Shown here: piece after piece, positions 19,127 to 29,090 of the stretch
How the letters are laid out: every line of letters begins with the position of its first letter
Numbering within the stretch: position 1 is the stretch's first letter
Source of the DNA: Bacillota bacterium
GTDB taxonomy: Bacteria; Bacillota_I; Bacilli_A; RF39; UBA660
Reading direction: 5' to 3'
Length of the DNA: 64,000 nucleotides
Assembly: GCA_015059405.1 (NCBI GenBank)
Contig: SVAL01000001.1
Coordinates: 72,032 to 136,031 of the forward strand
Program-made: the position numbers and the translations under genes
Notes under the pieces: model-generated
The model's input: the letters and a program-made list of their open reading frames with translations, nothing else
The model's database searches: none
Told to the model about the DNA's origin: nothing

Positions 19127-19242
19127 AAAAATCCCCCTTTAAAATTGGTATTATTATATCATTATGTTTTTTACTTGTCTATTTTTATTGAAATGATTGT
19201 GTTTTTATGGTATTTTAGAAAGCAAATAGCGAGGGGATTTAT

Positions 19243-20394
19243 ATGGATATGGAATATAGTAATTTAATGAGTGATTCGTCTAATTCTAAATTTTCTGAAT
19301 ATTGTTATGATTTTGTTCATAGAGATAATGTTGAAATAGACCCTCGTAGTAAAGAAAATGTAGATAAGCAAACTTTAGAATTATTAAAAAGATATTGTTT
19401 TTTATATGAAAATGCAAAGATTATTATTTTTTATTATATGCTTTCTTGTGATTGTAGAGGAGATATATTTAAAAATGATGCTAAAAAAATAAAGAATGCG
19501 ATATTAGAATATATACTTCTTACTAGATGCGAATCTATTGATACTAGAAATTTTCAAGAGTTTTTAGAAATATTTGAAGAAGGAATGCTAGGTTATGAAA
19601 CTTTAGAAGATACGACTTTTTATAAGGAGATTGAAGGTTTGAAAAGTACACTTTTATTTAAATCTTTAATTGAAAGAGAAAAAGACTTAATTATAGAAAG
19701 TAGGGCCTTTGATAATGATTTTTATTTTGAATTAGTTCTTCGTATGCTTAGTGCATTTATTGATGTTCAAAGTAATAGTACACTTATAAATAATAAATAT
19801 TTGGAAAATATTTCTTCTAATATGATGCTTCCTAAACTTAAAAGGGAAGTTTTATCTCGTTATTATGATATTTTTAGTTTTATAAATGATCCAGATAAAC
19901 AAAGGCAGTATGGTAATTGTTTTATATATTTTAAACCTGCTAGGTGTACACTGGTTTCTTATAATGAATTTATTGGTGCTTTTTCTGGGGGATATAAATG
20001 TCGTAGTTTTGTTTCTAAAAATGGTAATGGGCCAAGTTTTAGTCAAATAAAAGAAGTATATTTTAAGTATCATGATGAACTTCCGTATGATTTAGAAATT
20101 GAATGTGTTAGTGATAGTGATATTTCTAAACCTGAAGGTATTAGTAGTTGTGGTAGTAAGTTTAATATTAATGAAAAAGAAATATTTTGCGTAGATGGAT
20201 CTTTCTATCATTTATGTAGTAATTGTGGTTATATTGTAAAGGTGCCTTCTTCTTTATTAAAACCTATTATTCAAGAAAGAATAATAAAAAGAAGTAGGGA
20301 AGATAGTCTTTTATTTAGAAAAAAAGAATTATTATCTGAACTTACTTCTCTTGATAAAGATTATAAAGTTCTTATTAAGAGTAGAGGTGAATAG
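19243..20394 (+). CDS. C-terminal zinc-ribbon family protein, paralog 1 of 5
   Basis: 'YFKYHDELPYD...SCGSKF..EKEIF...FYHLCSNCGYIVKVP' gives a C..CG...CxxCG four-Cys pattern. N-terminal 'RYCFLYENA'. No signal peptide or TM segment. Confidence 0.65.
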   Translation: MDMEYSNLMSDSSNSKFSEYCYDFVHRDNVEIDPRSKENVDKQTLELLKRYCFLYENAKIIIFYYMLSCDCRGDIFKNDAKKIKNAILEYILLTRCESIDTRNFQEFLEIFEEGMLGYETLEDTTFYKEIEGLKSTLLFKSLIEREKDLIIESRAFDNDFYFELVLRMLSAFIDVQSNSTLINNKYLENISSNMMLPKLKREVLSRYYDIFSFINDPDKQRQYGNCFIYFKPARCTLVSYNEFIGAFSGGYKCRSFVSKNGNGPSFSQIKEVYFKYHDELPYDLEIECVSDSDISKPEGISSCGSKFNINEKEIFCVDGSFYHLCSNCGYIVKVPSSLLKPIIQERIIKRSREDSLLFRKKELLSELTSLDKDYKVLIKSRGE

Positions 20395-20395
20395 T

Positions 20396-21592
20396 ATGTT
20401 TGATGATAAGGATAAAAAATATAAAAGTTATTCTATTTATACTGATACTTCAAGAATGAAAAGAAGAAATGGTAGTATTGATTTTATTTCTAGTGGTTAT
20501 GTTCCTAGAAGGGATTTATATCATATGCCTATAATCCCTAAAAAAGATAAAAATAATGAGATACAAAAAAAATTTTTTGATGAGAGATATTGTTATTTGT
20601 ATGAGAATGCTCCATATATTTTATTTTTTATAGTTAATGATTTAGAAGATGATAATTTTAGTGAAGAGGTAAAAGAAAGAATTGGTTTTGATTTTAGAGG
20701 TGAACCTTTTTTACCCAAAAGAGATTTTAAAGCTTTAGTTGTTTTTGAATTTTTAGAAGATATGTTTTTAGGAAATGATTTTAAACATAAAAATGTTTTA
20801 GAAAATGTTATTAGGCAACTACGTAATTATAACTCCGTATCAGAATCATTTAAGAAGGAATTTGATTTTTCTTCTAATATAGGTGCTAGTAAATATGATG
20901 AATGTATGAGATTGTTAGTTGATATTGTATATAGTTTTGTTGATAGTCAAAATGTTTCTACAAAGGTTTATCAAAAGACATATTCTGGATGTATTTCTGT
21001 GCCTAGTCCTTATAATAGTCGTATGGAAAGAAGTCTAGATTATTTTGAAATTAAATCTAAGAAAAAAGCTTTAGAAAGTTATTATAGAGTGTTGAGTTAC
21101 AGTAATTGTTTAGGTGGAGGTTCATATTTAAAAGATAGAGGTATTAATTATGTTTTTTCTCCTCCAGAAAGAACTCTTATATCTTCAAATTTATTTATAA
21201 AAGCAATGCAGTATTTTTTTGGTATTAATGATATTACTAAAAGTTTTGAAAAAAGTATTTATTTTAAATTACATGATGAACTTCCATGGAATAATAATTG
21301 TATATGTAATAGTATCCATGGCGTAGAAGATGGGTGCGGAGCAGATTTTAGAGTACAAGAAGAAGATATATTTTATAGAGATGATAAATTTAATGTAATT
21401 TGTCCTTGTTGTGGAGCTATATGTACAACGGGAATTATGCCTGGTAAGTTTAAAGATAGAATAGAAGAAAGAATTAAGAAAAGATTTGTTGGAGATAAGT
21501 TTTTTGATAGAAAAATAAGTGCTTTATCAGAACTTTATAGTATGGGTTCAATAGTTTTAGAAAATGGTAAGAAAAAAATAAAAGATTATTAG
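20396..21592 (+). CDS. C-terminal zinc-ribbon family protein, paralog 2 of 5
   Basis: Start moved to the ATG at 20396, just after the upstream stop and RBS GAGGTGA. 'ERYCYLYENA' and 'YFKLHDELPW...GCGADF..EEDIF...ICPCCGAI'. Confidence 0.65.
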   Translation: MFDDKDKKYKSYSIYTDTSRMKRRNGSIDFISSGYVPRRDLYHMPIIPKKDKNNEIQKKFFDERYCYLYENAPYILFFIVNDLEDDNFSEEVKERIGFDFRGEPFLPKRDFKALVVFEFLEDMFLGNDFKHKNVLENVIRQLRNYNSVSESFKKEFDFSSNIGASKYDECMRLLVDIVYSFVDSQNVSTKVYQKTYSGCISVPSPYNSRMERSLDYFEIKSKKKALESYYRVLSYSNCLGGGSYLKDRGINYVFSPPERTLISSNLFIKAMQYFFGINDITKSFEKSIYFKLHDELPWNNNCICNSIHGVEDGCGADFRVQEEDIFYRDDKFNVICPCCGAICTTGIMPGKFKDRIEERIKKRFVGDKFFDRKISALSELYSMGSIVLENGKKKIKDY

Positions 21593-21602
21593 GAGGTGTT
21601 TT

Positions 21603-22802
21603 ATGTTTGGTGATGAGATTACTATTTTATATTTTTTTGATAGTGAAAGTGATACAAAAAGAAAAAGACTTTTTCCTAATATGGATAAATATAATTTAGG
21701 TAAATTGATAAAACTTCATCAAATGGGGATATCACCTGTAGTAATTAGAAATGGAGAAGTTATTAATCCTAAAAGTGAAGATAACATAAAAAAGCAAAAA
21801 GAAGAATTTAAAAAAAGGTTTGATTTTATAATAGAGAATGGATTTGAACTTTTATATACATATTCTTGTCCAATTCAGAATCATTTGGGACATAATTATT
21901 TAAAATGGTTAGAAGAGTTAGTTTTAGGTAATAAACCTCTTGAAGATGCTTATTTATATAATTACGTAAAAGAATATAGTAAAGATAAAAATTCATTGGT
22001 TAGTGAAGTTGAGCGATATGAATCAAAGGAAGAATATTGTATAAGAAGTAGGGCAGTTGTAAAGGGTGATAAATTTTATTATGCTTGGATTTTGTTAAGT
22101 CATTTAGTTTATTTTATAAGATCAAGAAAATATAGTAATAGTTATAATAATTTAAAAGAATTAGAAACTCTTGATGAATATTTTAGAGTTTTAAGATATA
22201 GTAATGATGGAATAGAATGGAAAAGTGGTTTTGATTTACGCGGAGAAGATTTAATGCATTCATTATTTTTAATAGAGGCAGAGGATGAAGAAGAAGTTTC
22301 TTATTATGATAGTTTGGAATTAGATGAAAATGAATTTATTTGTTGCTTTGCTAGTGATAGAAATGATTTGAATGATGTACATTTTAGTGAAAAAGAAAAA
22401 CAAGAAATTTATTTACAATATCACGATGAACTACCTTGGGATTACGTAGTTGAATGTATTAGTGATGATACATTCATAAGACCTGATAAAACTGATTCTT
22501 GTGGTAACAGTTTCATTTTAGAAGAAAAAGAAGTATTTGGGTGTGGAGATGGAAAATATTATTGTATGTGTCCTAAATGTGGTTATATAATAAATATTCC
22601 AAGCAAAGACATATTTAATGTTTTAGAAAAAGTAAGTCAAAGATGTAATTATTCATTTTTTAAAAAGATGATGATTTATTCGGAACTACTTGCTTTAGAT
22701 AGGGAATCAGAAGAAAATAAAGTATTGGTAAAAAAAGAAGAAAAAAGTGGTATTTATGGTCATTCTTATATAATGGATAGATTTAAGAAGGAGGAATTAT
22801 AA
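21603..22802 (+). CDS. C-terminal zinc-ribbon family protein, paralog 3 of 5
   Basis: RBS AGGAGGTG. 'LDEYFRVLRYSNDGIEWKSGFDL' and 'HFSEKEKQEIYLQYHDELPWD...SCGNSF...CMCPKCGYIINIP'. Confidence 0.65.
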   Translation: MFGDEITILYFFDSESDTKRKRLFPNMDKYNLGKLIKLHQMGISPVVIRNGEVINPKSEDNIKKQKEEFKKRFDFIIENGFELLYTYSCPIQNHLGHNYLKWLEELVLGNKPLEDAYLYNYVKEYSKDKNSLVSEVERYESKEEYCIRSRAVVKGDKFYYAWILLSHLVYFIRSRKYSNSYNNLKELETLDEYFRVLRYSNDGIEWKSGFDLRGEDLMHSLFLIEAEDEEEVSYYDSLELDENEFICCFASDRNDLNDVHFSEKEKQEIYLQYHDELPWDYVVECISDDTFIRPDKTDSCGNSFILEEKEVFGCGDGKYYCMCPKCGYIINIPSKDIFNVLEKVSQRCNYSFFKKMMIYSELLALDRESEENKVLVKKEEKSGIYGHSYIMDRFKKEEL

Positions 22803-24007
22803 TGCATGATGAAGATGTTAAATTAGAGGATTCTATTTGGTACGATGCATATAAAGAATTAGTAAATTATTCTAAATATTTTGATATTAGTAAAAAACAT
22901 ACTGTATTTGGTGATATTTACTGGGGAGATGTAGAATTTGATGAATTTAGGGAAAGTATTAAAGAACGTTATATTTTCTTAGCTAATAATTCTTTATTTT
23001 TGCTTGCACCATTATTATTACGAGAAGGGGATTTTTCTACTACTTTGGATAATGGTGCTGTATTAGTGCAGCATAATTTTTCTGGAAATATATATTTAAA
23101 AAATGATATATATTTATCAGTTTTATTAGAACAATATTTATTTATTGATGATTATAAAGAATCTATTTTATATAAGAAAATTAATGAGTATAAAGAAAAT
23201 TCTAATTATTTAGAAAATTATAAACAAGGTTTATTATTATTAGAAGGAAGAATTTTAAAAGAAGATATTAATGATGTTAATATTAGGATGTTTAGACTTT
23301 TTAATGGTGTTAGAAGTTATCTTTTAGGTCAAAAAGATACATCTAATAGAAGTCGAAAATTATGTGTTTTAGATGAATATTTTAGAATAGTTAGATATAC
23401 AAATGATAATAAAGTTTGGACTAGTGGTTACCTTCTAAATCAAGAAGATGCTCAAAATAATTTAAGTGTTGATGAAGCTGATCCTTTTGATTTAGCGAGT
23501 GTTAAAGTTATACCAGTATTAAATAGAGGGATTGGTAAGACAAGACTTATTCATTCTTTTGATGTTAGAGGGATTTTTAGAGATAATTTATTTAGTATTA
23601 ATCATTTAAGTGAAAAAGATAAACAAGAAATATATTTAAAGTTACATGATGAACTTCCACATGACTTGGAAATTCCTTGTATTTTAGAAGCAACTAATTT
23701 AGATTGTATGATAGATGAACGTTTAAAAAGACCTAACGAAACTAAACCTTGTGGGGTATCTTTTAGAATAAAAGAAGGTAATATTTTTATTAATGGTAGT
23801 AGTTTTTATCATTTATGTAATAGTTGTGGTTATATTGTAAAAGTACCAGCTAGTTTATTATCTGATGGTATTAAAGCTAGAATAAAAGAACGCTGTAGTA
23901 AAGATAAAAATTTATTTAGAAAAATGGAACTTATTTCAGAATTGCAAGCATTAGATGATCAGTCTTTACCACATCATAAAGTATTGTTTAAAAGTGATAA
24001 AAATTAA
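22802..24007 (+). CDS. C-terminal zinc-ribbon family protein, paralog 4 of 5
   Basis: The ATG overlaps the upstream TAA (TAATG). 'LDEYFRIVRYTNDNKVWTSGY' and 'LSEKDKQEIYLKLHDELPHD...PCGVSF...HLCNSCGYIVKVP'. Confidence 0.65.
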   Translation: MHDEDVKLEDSIWYDAYKELVNYSKYFDISKKHTVFGDIYWGDVEFDEFRESIKERYIFLANNSLFLLAPLLLREGDFSTTLDNGAVLVQHNFSGNIYLKNDIYLSVLLEQYLFIDDYKESILYKKINEYKENSNYLENYKQGLLLLEGRILKEDINDVNIRMFRLFNGVRSYLLGQKDTSNRSRKLCVLDEYFRIVRYTNDNKVWTSGYLLNQEDAQNNLSVDEADPFDLASVKVIPVLNRGIGKTRLIHSFDVRGIFRDNLFSINHLSEKDKQEIYLKLHDELPHDLEIPCILEATNLDCMIDERLKRPNETKPCGVSFRIKEGNIFINGSSFYHLCNSCGYIVKVPASLLSDGIKARIKERCSKDKNLFRKMELISELQALDDQSLPHHKVLFKSDKN

Positions 24008-24023
24008 ATTATTATATATAAAA

Positions 24024-24050
24024 TAAAAAAGAGAATTACTTCTCTTTTTT
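24024..24050. terminator. Bidirectional intrinsic terminator
   Basis: aaaaaagagaa-ttac-ttctctttttt. It overlaps the 3' end of the convergent gene. Confidence 0.65.
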
Positions 24051-25178
24051 TCTTGTAAATAATTGTTGGAATATAGATAATTTTTTTTGTGGTGCATCTT
24101 CCTCTAATACTAATTGTGTTTGTTTTTTTAGTTTAAGTTCTTCTTCTTGTCTTTGTCTTTCAACAATTTCTGCTTGTCTTTTTTGATATAATTCTTCTCT
24201 TATCCAAGATGGACAATCATCAATCTTAACATGGATTTTTTTTAAGAATTCCATTTCGTTATTAGTTAGTTTTTCTAGTATATCAGAGTAGGCATAGGAA
24301 TGTTCTATTTTATCACTATATGTATAGAATGTTGATTTAAATAGAGGGTTTAGTCCCATATAATATCCACCATATTTATCAATATATACATCTATATTAT
24401 AATGATCAATATCGATAAATAAATCACTATTTACTGATTTTATTTTATTTCTTCTTTGTTTTCTTGTTTCTTCGATGCTTAAATAAAAGTTTATTAAATC
24501 TAAGATGTGTTCTGATACGTTTCCAAGGACATTATAATCATGATATCCTTCTAGTTTTTTTTCTTTTATAGTACCATCTGGTTCTTTAAAATATTCATAT
24601 TTATCCCATGTAGAAGACCATCTTGTAGACATATGAATCTGAATAGAGTGTGTATCATAATCAAAGTCATGAACACTACAGTATATGTCTGAATCAACTT
24701 TATTGTTTAGTATTGTTTGAATAATATTTTTAGTTTTATCTTTTACATTTTTTATTTGTTTATCAAGATTTTGATATATCATTAATATTTCATATACTGA
24801 GGCACAATCTTGATCATATATTGGTTCATTTTCAAAAACGCTTAATACAGCTTTTGTTATTTCTTCTTTGGTATTTATTTTTTGTGGTGGTTTAGTTTCT
24901 TTTTCTTGCCATTTTGAGGTATTTACAGGATTATCTGTATAGAAGCAAAGTCTTCTTTGTTTTCTGGAATATTGTATTGTATGAAATGTTACATTTTCAT
25001 TATTTTCTAGAATTGTTTTTATACAATATTCTAATGATACTTCTCCAAGATTAGAGATATATGTTGTTTTTAGATTTTTACCTAAATCTTCAGGATTAAT
25101 AAATACATCTCCATATATTAATTCTTCATGAATAATGGATGTAGTATATGGATTAGGTAAAAGTACTTGTATGTTCAT
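24036..25178 (-). CDS. Hypothetical protein (380 aa) interrupting the paralog array
   Basis: Long ORF with RBS GAGGTGG upstream. C-terminal charged coiled-coil-like tail 'QRQEEELKLKKQ'. No motif recognised. Confidence 0.6.
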   Translation of the reverse strand: MNIQVLLPNPYTTSIIHEELIYGDVFINPEDLGKNLKTTYISNLGEVSLEYCIKTILENNENVTFHTIQYSRKQRRLCFYTDNPVNTSKWQEKETKPPQKINTKEEITKAVLSVFENEPIYDQDCASVYEILMIYQNLDKQIKNVKDKTKNIIQTILNNKVDSDIYCSVHDFDYDTHSIQIHMSTRWSSTWDKYEYFKEPDGTIKEKKLEGYHDYNVLGNVSEHILDLINFYLSIEETRKQRRNKIKSVNSDLFIDIDHYNIDVYIDKYGGYYMGLNPLFKSTFYTYSDKIEHSYAYSDILEKLTNNEMEFLKKIHVKIDDCPSWIREELYQKRQAEIVERQRQEEELKLKKQTQLVLEEDAPQKKLSIFQQLFTRKKEK

Positions 25179-25285
25179 AAAACCACCTCAATATTTCGAT
25201 TATTTATTATAGCATAAGTATTTTTAAAATAAAGTATTTTTATTTTTATTTTATGTGCTATTATTTTATTATAGTGGGTGATGGT

Positions 25286-26329
25286 ATGCGTAAAGAAAGA
25301 GAAATATTTTATAAAAAAGAATTTATTGATAGATATATGTATTTATATATGAATAGTGAATTTATTTTAGCACCTTTTTTGTATGAGGAAACAAAGGAAG
25401 AAATGCATAAAAGAAGTCAAAAATATCAAGAATTGAACCTTGCTTTTGATGGTTCTAAACCATTAATTTATTTAAAGGTAGATGATAAGACTTTATCTTT
25501 ATTAGAGGAATTTTTACTTAGTGATAAAGAAATGATTGATAGTGATTTATATAAAAAAATTGAATATTTAAAAAAGAGTAATAAGTATTATGCAGATGTT
25601 GAATATGGACTTAGTTTACTTGAAAAAAAGAATCAGGGGTGTCTTTCTTTTTTAAAGACTGAATTAGATTTATGGAAATTGCTTAGTGAAGTTAGAGGTT
25701 ATATATTAAATCAATCAGGTGATCAAAAAAATAAAAATTTAAAACTTGAGGTTTTGGATGAATATTTTAGGGTAAATAGATATTCTAATGATGGTAAGGT
25801 ATGGACTAGTGGTTTTGATTTAACTTTTCATGATATTAGTCATTTTGATAATTTTTCTATGGTTGGTTCTGATAGAGAAGTTATTCCTCATAGAAAAGAA
25901 AGTGATATTGGGGTTTTAAACAATAATTTTATAAATTTTTTTGCGAATACATCTATATTTAAAAAGAGAAGAAATTCTTTTCACTTTAGTGAAAAAGAAA
26001 AACAAGAAATATATTTGAGCCTTTGTGATGAACTTCCTTGGGATTTGAAAGGTTTTTGTATAGGAGAAAAAAAGGATCCGTCTACTAGTTTAGAAATGGG
26101 GTATCCAGTTTTAAATAATGTTAGTTCTTGTGGAAGTGAATTTATTATTAAAGAAGAAGATATATTTATAGATGAAAATAGTACTAAAGAAGTGGAAACT
26201 GAGGATTTTTATCAACTTTGTCCTGAATGTGGTTACTTGGTTAGAGTAACTGATTATATTGAAAACGTTAATGTAAAGAAAAGAATAATTAGTAGGTGCA
26301 AAGGAAGTGTAAAACAGTTAAAAAAGTAA
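25286..26329 (+). CDS. C-terminal zinc-ribbon family protein, paralog 5 of 5
   Basis: Start moved to the ATG at 25286, behind GGGTGATGG. 'LDEYFRVNRYSNDGKVWTSGFDL' and 'HFSEKEKQEIYLSLCDELPWD...SCGSEF...QLCPECGYLVRV'. Confidence 0.65.
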   Translation: MRKEREIFYKKEFIDRYMYLYMNSEFILAPFLYEETKEEMHKRSQKYQELNLAFDGSKPLIYLKVDDKTLSLLEEFLLSDKEMIDSDLYKKIEYLKKSNKYYADVEYGLSLLEKKNQGCLSFLKTELDLWKLLSEVRGYILNQSGDQKNKNLKLEVLDEYFRVNRYSNDGKVWTSGFDLTFHDISHFDNFSMVGSDREVIPHRKESDIGVLNNNFINFFANTSIFKKRRNSFHFSEKEKQEIYLSLCDELPWDLKGFCIGEKKDPSTSLEMGYPVLNNVSSCGSEFIIKEEDIFIDENSTKEVETEDFYQLCPECGYLVRVTDYIENVNVKKRIISRCKGSVKQLKK

Positions 26330-26373
26330 TTTCTTTTTAATTAGTTATGATATAATTAATAATAGGTGATAGT

Positions 26374-27195
26374 ATGAAAGCTAAATTAAAAGGTAATATG
26401 AATTTAGATGAAATTATTAATGTTATGTCTGAAGACAATGAAGAAGCAAAAGAAGTTGTATCTGAAATGATGCGTGAACCATCTTTATATAGAGGTGTTA
26501 TTATTTGTGATAGACTAGGTATTAGAGGAGATATTTTACGCAAATTATATCATGAGTGTTGTGAAGGTAGAAAGGAAATGTTTTCTAAGGTTCTACAAAT
26601 GTTTGAAAGTGGAGTCTATACTGAAGAAGAAATTACTAGAAATCTTAGTTTAAATGCTTCAGAATCATTTTTAGACGAATCAATTGTTAATCCATGTCTT
26701 CCACTTTATAGTGCTGATTTTAATAATACTCATCCTGATTGGGAAGAGTTTGCTTATCTTCAAAGAAGAAATTTAAATATAAAAGTAAAAAGAAAAGAAG
26801 CTTTAGAAAAAATACCTGAGTGGATTATTCAAGGGCAAGCTATGATGTATCCTGAAAAGTTTGCTAAATGGGAAAGTGTAGTTATTGAACATGCTACTGG
26901 TTTTTCATCTGGTACTATGATAAGAGATGCTCTTGAAATAATGACTGCTTTAGAAGAAGGTGCTTCTATTTCTCAAGCAAAACAAATTTTGGATAAGCAA
27001 TCACATTCTGGTGGAACAGAGACTATAACAAGAAATATAATTCTTAATTTTGCAAATAGAGGTCCTGATTTTTATGTTTCAACTGCTCCAATGCCATTAA
27101 CTGTAGAACAACAATTTGATGTAACTAAAATTAGAAAAGAAAATAAAGAGTATGCTGAAAAAAATTCTATGGTAGGACAAAATAATATATATTAA
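26374..27195 (+). CDS. Hypothetical protein (273 aa)
   Basis: Extended -10 TGATATAAT (26348-26356) and RBS AGGTGA. No motif recognised. Confidence 0.6.
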   Translation: MKAKLKGNMNLDEIINVMSEDNEEAKEVVSEMMREPSLYRGVIICDRLGIRGDILRKLYHECCEGRKEMFSKVLQMFESGVYTEEEITRNLSLNASESFLDESIVNPCLPLYSADFNNTHPDWEEFAYLQRRNLNIKVKRKEALEKIPEWIIQGQAMMYPEKFAKWESVVIEHATGFSSGTMIRDALEIMTALEEGASISQAKQILDKQSHSGGTETITRNIILNFANRGPDFYVSTAPMPLTVEQQFDVTKIRKENKEYAEKNSMVGQNNIY

Positions 27196-27219
27196 AAAAG
27201 ATGCTTAGGCATCTTTTTC
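27195..27219. terminator. Bidirectional intrinsic terminator
   Basis: aaaaagatgc-ttag-gcatcttttt. Confidence 0.7.
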
Positions 27220-28995
27220 TTCTTGTATAGTTTCGTTGATAATAATATTATTATTAACGTTTTTATTTGAACTGGAATAGTTGTTAGTTTGTATATCAAT
27301 ATAATAATTGTTATCTTTCATTAGTTGTTTATGTGTTCCTTGTCCAACTATTTTTCCTTGATTTAAAACAATTATTTTATCAGCATTTTGCATGATATCT
27401 TTTTTATGAGTAACAATTATAATTGTATGATCTAATTTTAGATTTTCAAATATTTCTTTTATTTTTTCTACTAAGATAGTATCAAGGGAAGATGTAACTT
27501 CATCAAATATAATGATTTCAGCTTTTGAAAGTAGAGTTCTAGCAATTGCTAGTAATTGTTTTTGACCGCCCGAGAAGTTATTAGCATTTTCTGAAAGAAT
27601 AGTGTTATATCCTTTAGGTAGACTCATAATATAATCATGTAATCCAACTCTTTTACAAGCTTCAATTTGATTATCTATATTAGGATCAATTAAGCTTAAA
27701 TTTTTTCTTATACTCATATTAAATATAAATGGTGTTTGGTTAACTCCAACTACATTGGTTGAATATACTTTGTTAGAGAACTCATAGATGTTTTCGTTAT
27801 CGATTAAGATTTCTCCACTGTCTACTTTATATTTTCTAAGAAGTAAATCAGTTATTGTTGTTTTACCACTACCGCTATGACCGACTAATGCGGTTATTTT
27901 ATTTGGTAGGGCAGTAAAGCTTATTTTTTCTATATTTCCTTTGTTTTTAGATTTGTATGAAAAACTAACGTTTTTAAATTTAACTAGTCCATTTATATAA
28001 TCATTTTCATTTAATCCAAACTCTATTTGCTGATTACTTGTATAATTAAGAAGGTTATTTATCCTTGTTATTGACAAAGACCATTCTCTTAATTGTCTAG
28101 AATAGCTCATTAATTCATCTGTATTACTCATGATATTCTCAAAATAAGTAATTAATAGTACTAATATGTTTACTTCATATGTTCCATTTAAAACGAAGAA
28201 TACTAAAATGGTATACAGAATTATTTTTCCAATATGGACTATAAATGGTAGGAGTGTTGCTCTTATATTTATATATTTTCTTTTTTTCATATATTGATCA
28301 GACCATTTATTAGCAATTATATAGAAATTATTTTTAATTTTATCAAATATATTAAATACTTTTATTTCACTTAATCCATTTAATATTTGATTTAAGTTGT
28401 CTGTCAAGTGATCTCTATATTTATATTGTCCGCGTAAGTATTTAGTACTTTTTATATTACAATAGTCATATGATTTTAAATAGATTAGTTCTAATAATAA
28501 AACAATTAATCCAATTAAGATATTAGTATTTAAAAATATTAGTGTTAATATGATAACTTTTATAAATACAACAATTATTTCACATATATTATCAATCATT
28601 CCAGAAAGATTAGAAACATCTCCACTGACTGTGTTTAGTATAGTTCCTTTTGATAATTTATCAGAGAATTCATTGTCATATGTAAATATTTTATCTATTA
28701 TTTTTTCTCTTAGATTTTTATAACTATATTTAAAGTTATAAGAATATGATACATAGTTTAAATACCAAAATAAATTATATATTATGTATGTTAATGCTAG
28801 TAGGGCAATATTTGTATATGTTGCTAGTGCATTTTTAATTGTTACTTCATAAATAATATTAGCTGCAAAAACAGGTATTAATAAACTAGTTAAATGAGCC
28901 ATGATTGATGCAAAAAATAATAAGAAAGTCCATTTTTTATGACCTTTTACTAAATAAAAAAAGTCTTTTATAATTTTAATATTGTCTTTTATCAT
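27205..28995 (-). CDS. ABC exporter, fused permease/ATPase (MsbA/ABCB-type half transporter)
   Basis: N-terminal six-TM domain. Walker A 'GHSGSGKTT', signature 'FSGGQKQLLAIARTLL', Walker B 'IIIFDEVTSSLD'. Confidence 0.85.
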   Translation of the reverse strand: MIKDNIKIIKDFFYLVKGHKKWTFLLFFASIMAHLTSLLIPVFAANIIYEVTIKNALATYTNIALLALTYIIYNLFWYLNYVSYSYNFKYSYKNLREKIIDKIFTYDNEFSDKLSKGTILNTVSGDVSNLSGMIDNICEIIVVFIKVIILTLIFLNTNILIGLIVLLLELIYLKSYDYCNIKSTKYLRGQYKYRDHLTDNLNQILNGLSEIKVFNIFDKIKNNFYIIANKWSDQYMKKRKYINIRATLLPFIVHIGKIILYTILVFFVLNGTYEVNILVLLITYFENIMSNTDELMSYSRQLREWSLSITRINNLLNYTSNQQIEFGLNENDYINGLVKFKNVSFSYKSKNKGNIEKISFTALPNKITALVGHSGSGKTTITDLLLRKYKVDSGEILIDNENIYEFSNKVYSTNVVGVNQTPFIFNMSIRKNLSLIDPNIDNQIEACKRVGLHDYIMSLPKGYNTILSENANNFSGGQKQLLAIARTLLSKAEIIIFDEVTSSLDTILVEKIKEIFENLKLDHTIIIVTHKKDIMQNADKIIVLNQGKIVGQGTHKQLMKDNNYYIDIQTNNYSSSNKNVNNNIIINETIQEEKDA

Positions 28996-29090
28996 ATATT
29001 CACTTCCTATTTTTAATTATATCATGTTAAAGATAGGAAATATATAAATCTTTAAAATAAAAAAAACTATCTTTTGATAGTTTTTAATAT

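Noticed and set aside
19127-19242. Inverted repeat aaatcccc / ggggattt flanking the divergent intergenic region.
   Set aside because: The two arms are simply the Shine-Dalgarno regions (A/GGGGGAT) of the two divergently oriented genes, each placed 5-6 nt before its own start codon.
20351-20395. Upstream extensions of several track ORFs: 20351, 25253, 15129, 51667, 53237, 38653, 39173, 40708, 34015, 7295, 29612.
   Set aside because: In each case the extension overlaps the preceding gene or a promoter/RBS, often starts at TTG or GTG, and an internal ATG with a well-spaced purine-rich RBS gives a more plausible start.
22383-22408. A 26-nt stretch identical between paralog 3 (22383-22408) and paralog 5 (25985-26010), tttagtgaaaaagaaaaacaagaaat, as possible evidence of recent gene conversion.
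   Set aside because: It encodes the conserved peptide FSEKEKQEI. In this AT-biased genome K, E and Q are almost always aaa, gaa and caa, so identical peptides give near-identical DNA without recombination. The flanking DNA diverges immediately.
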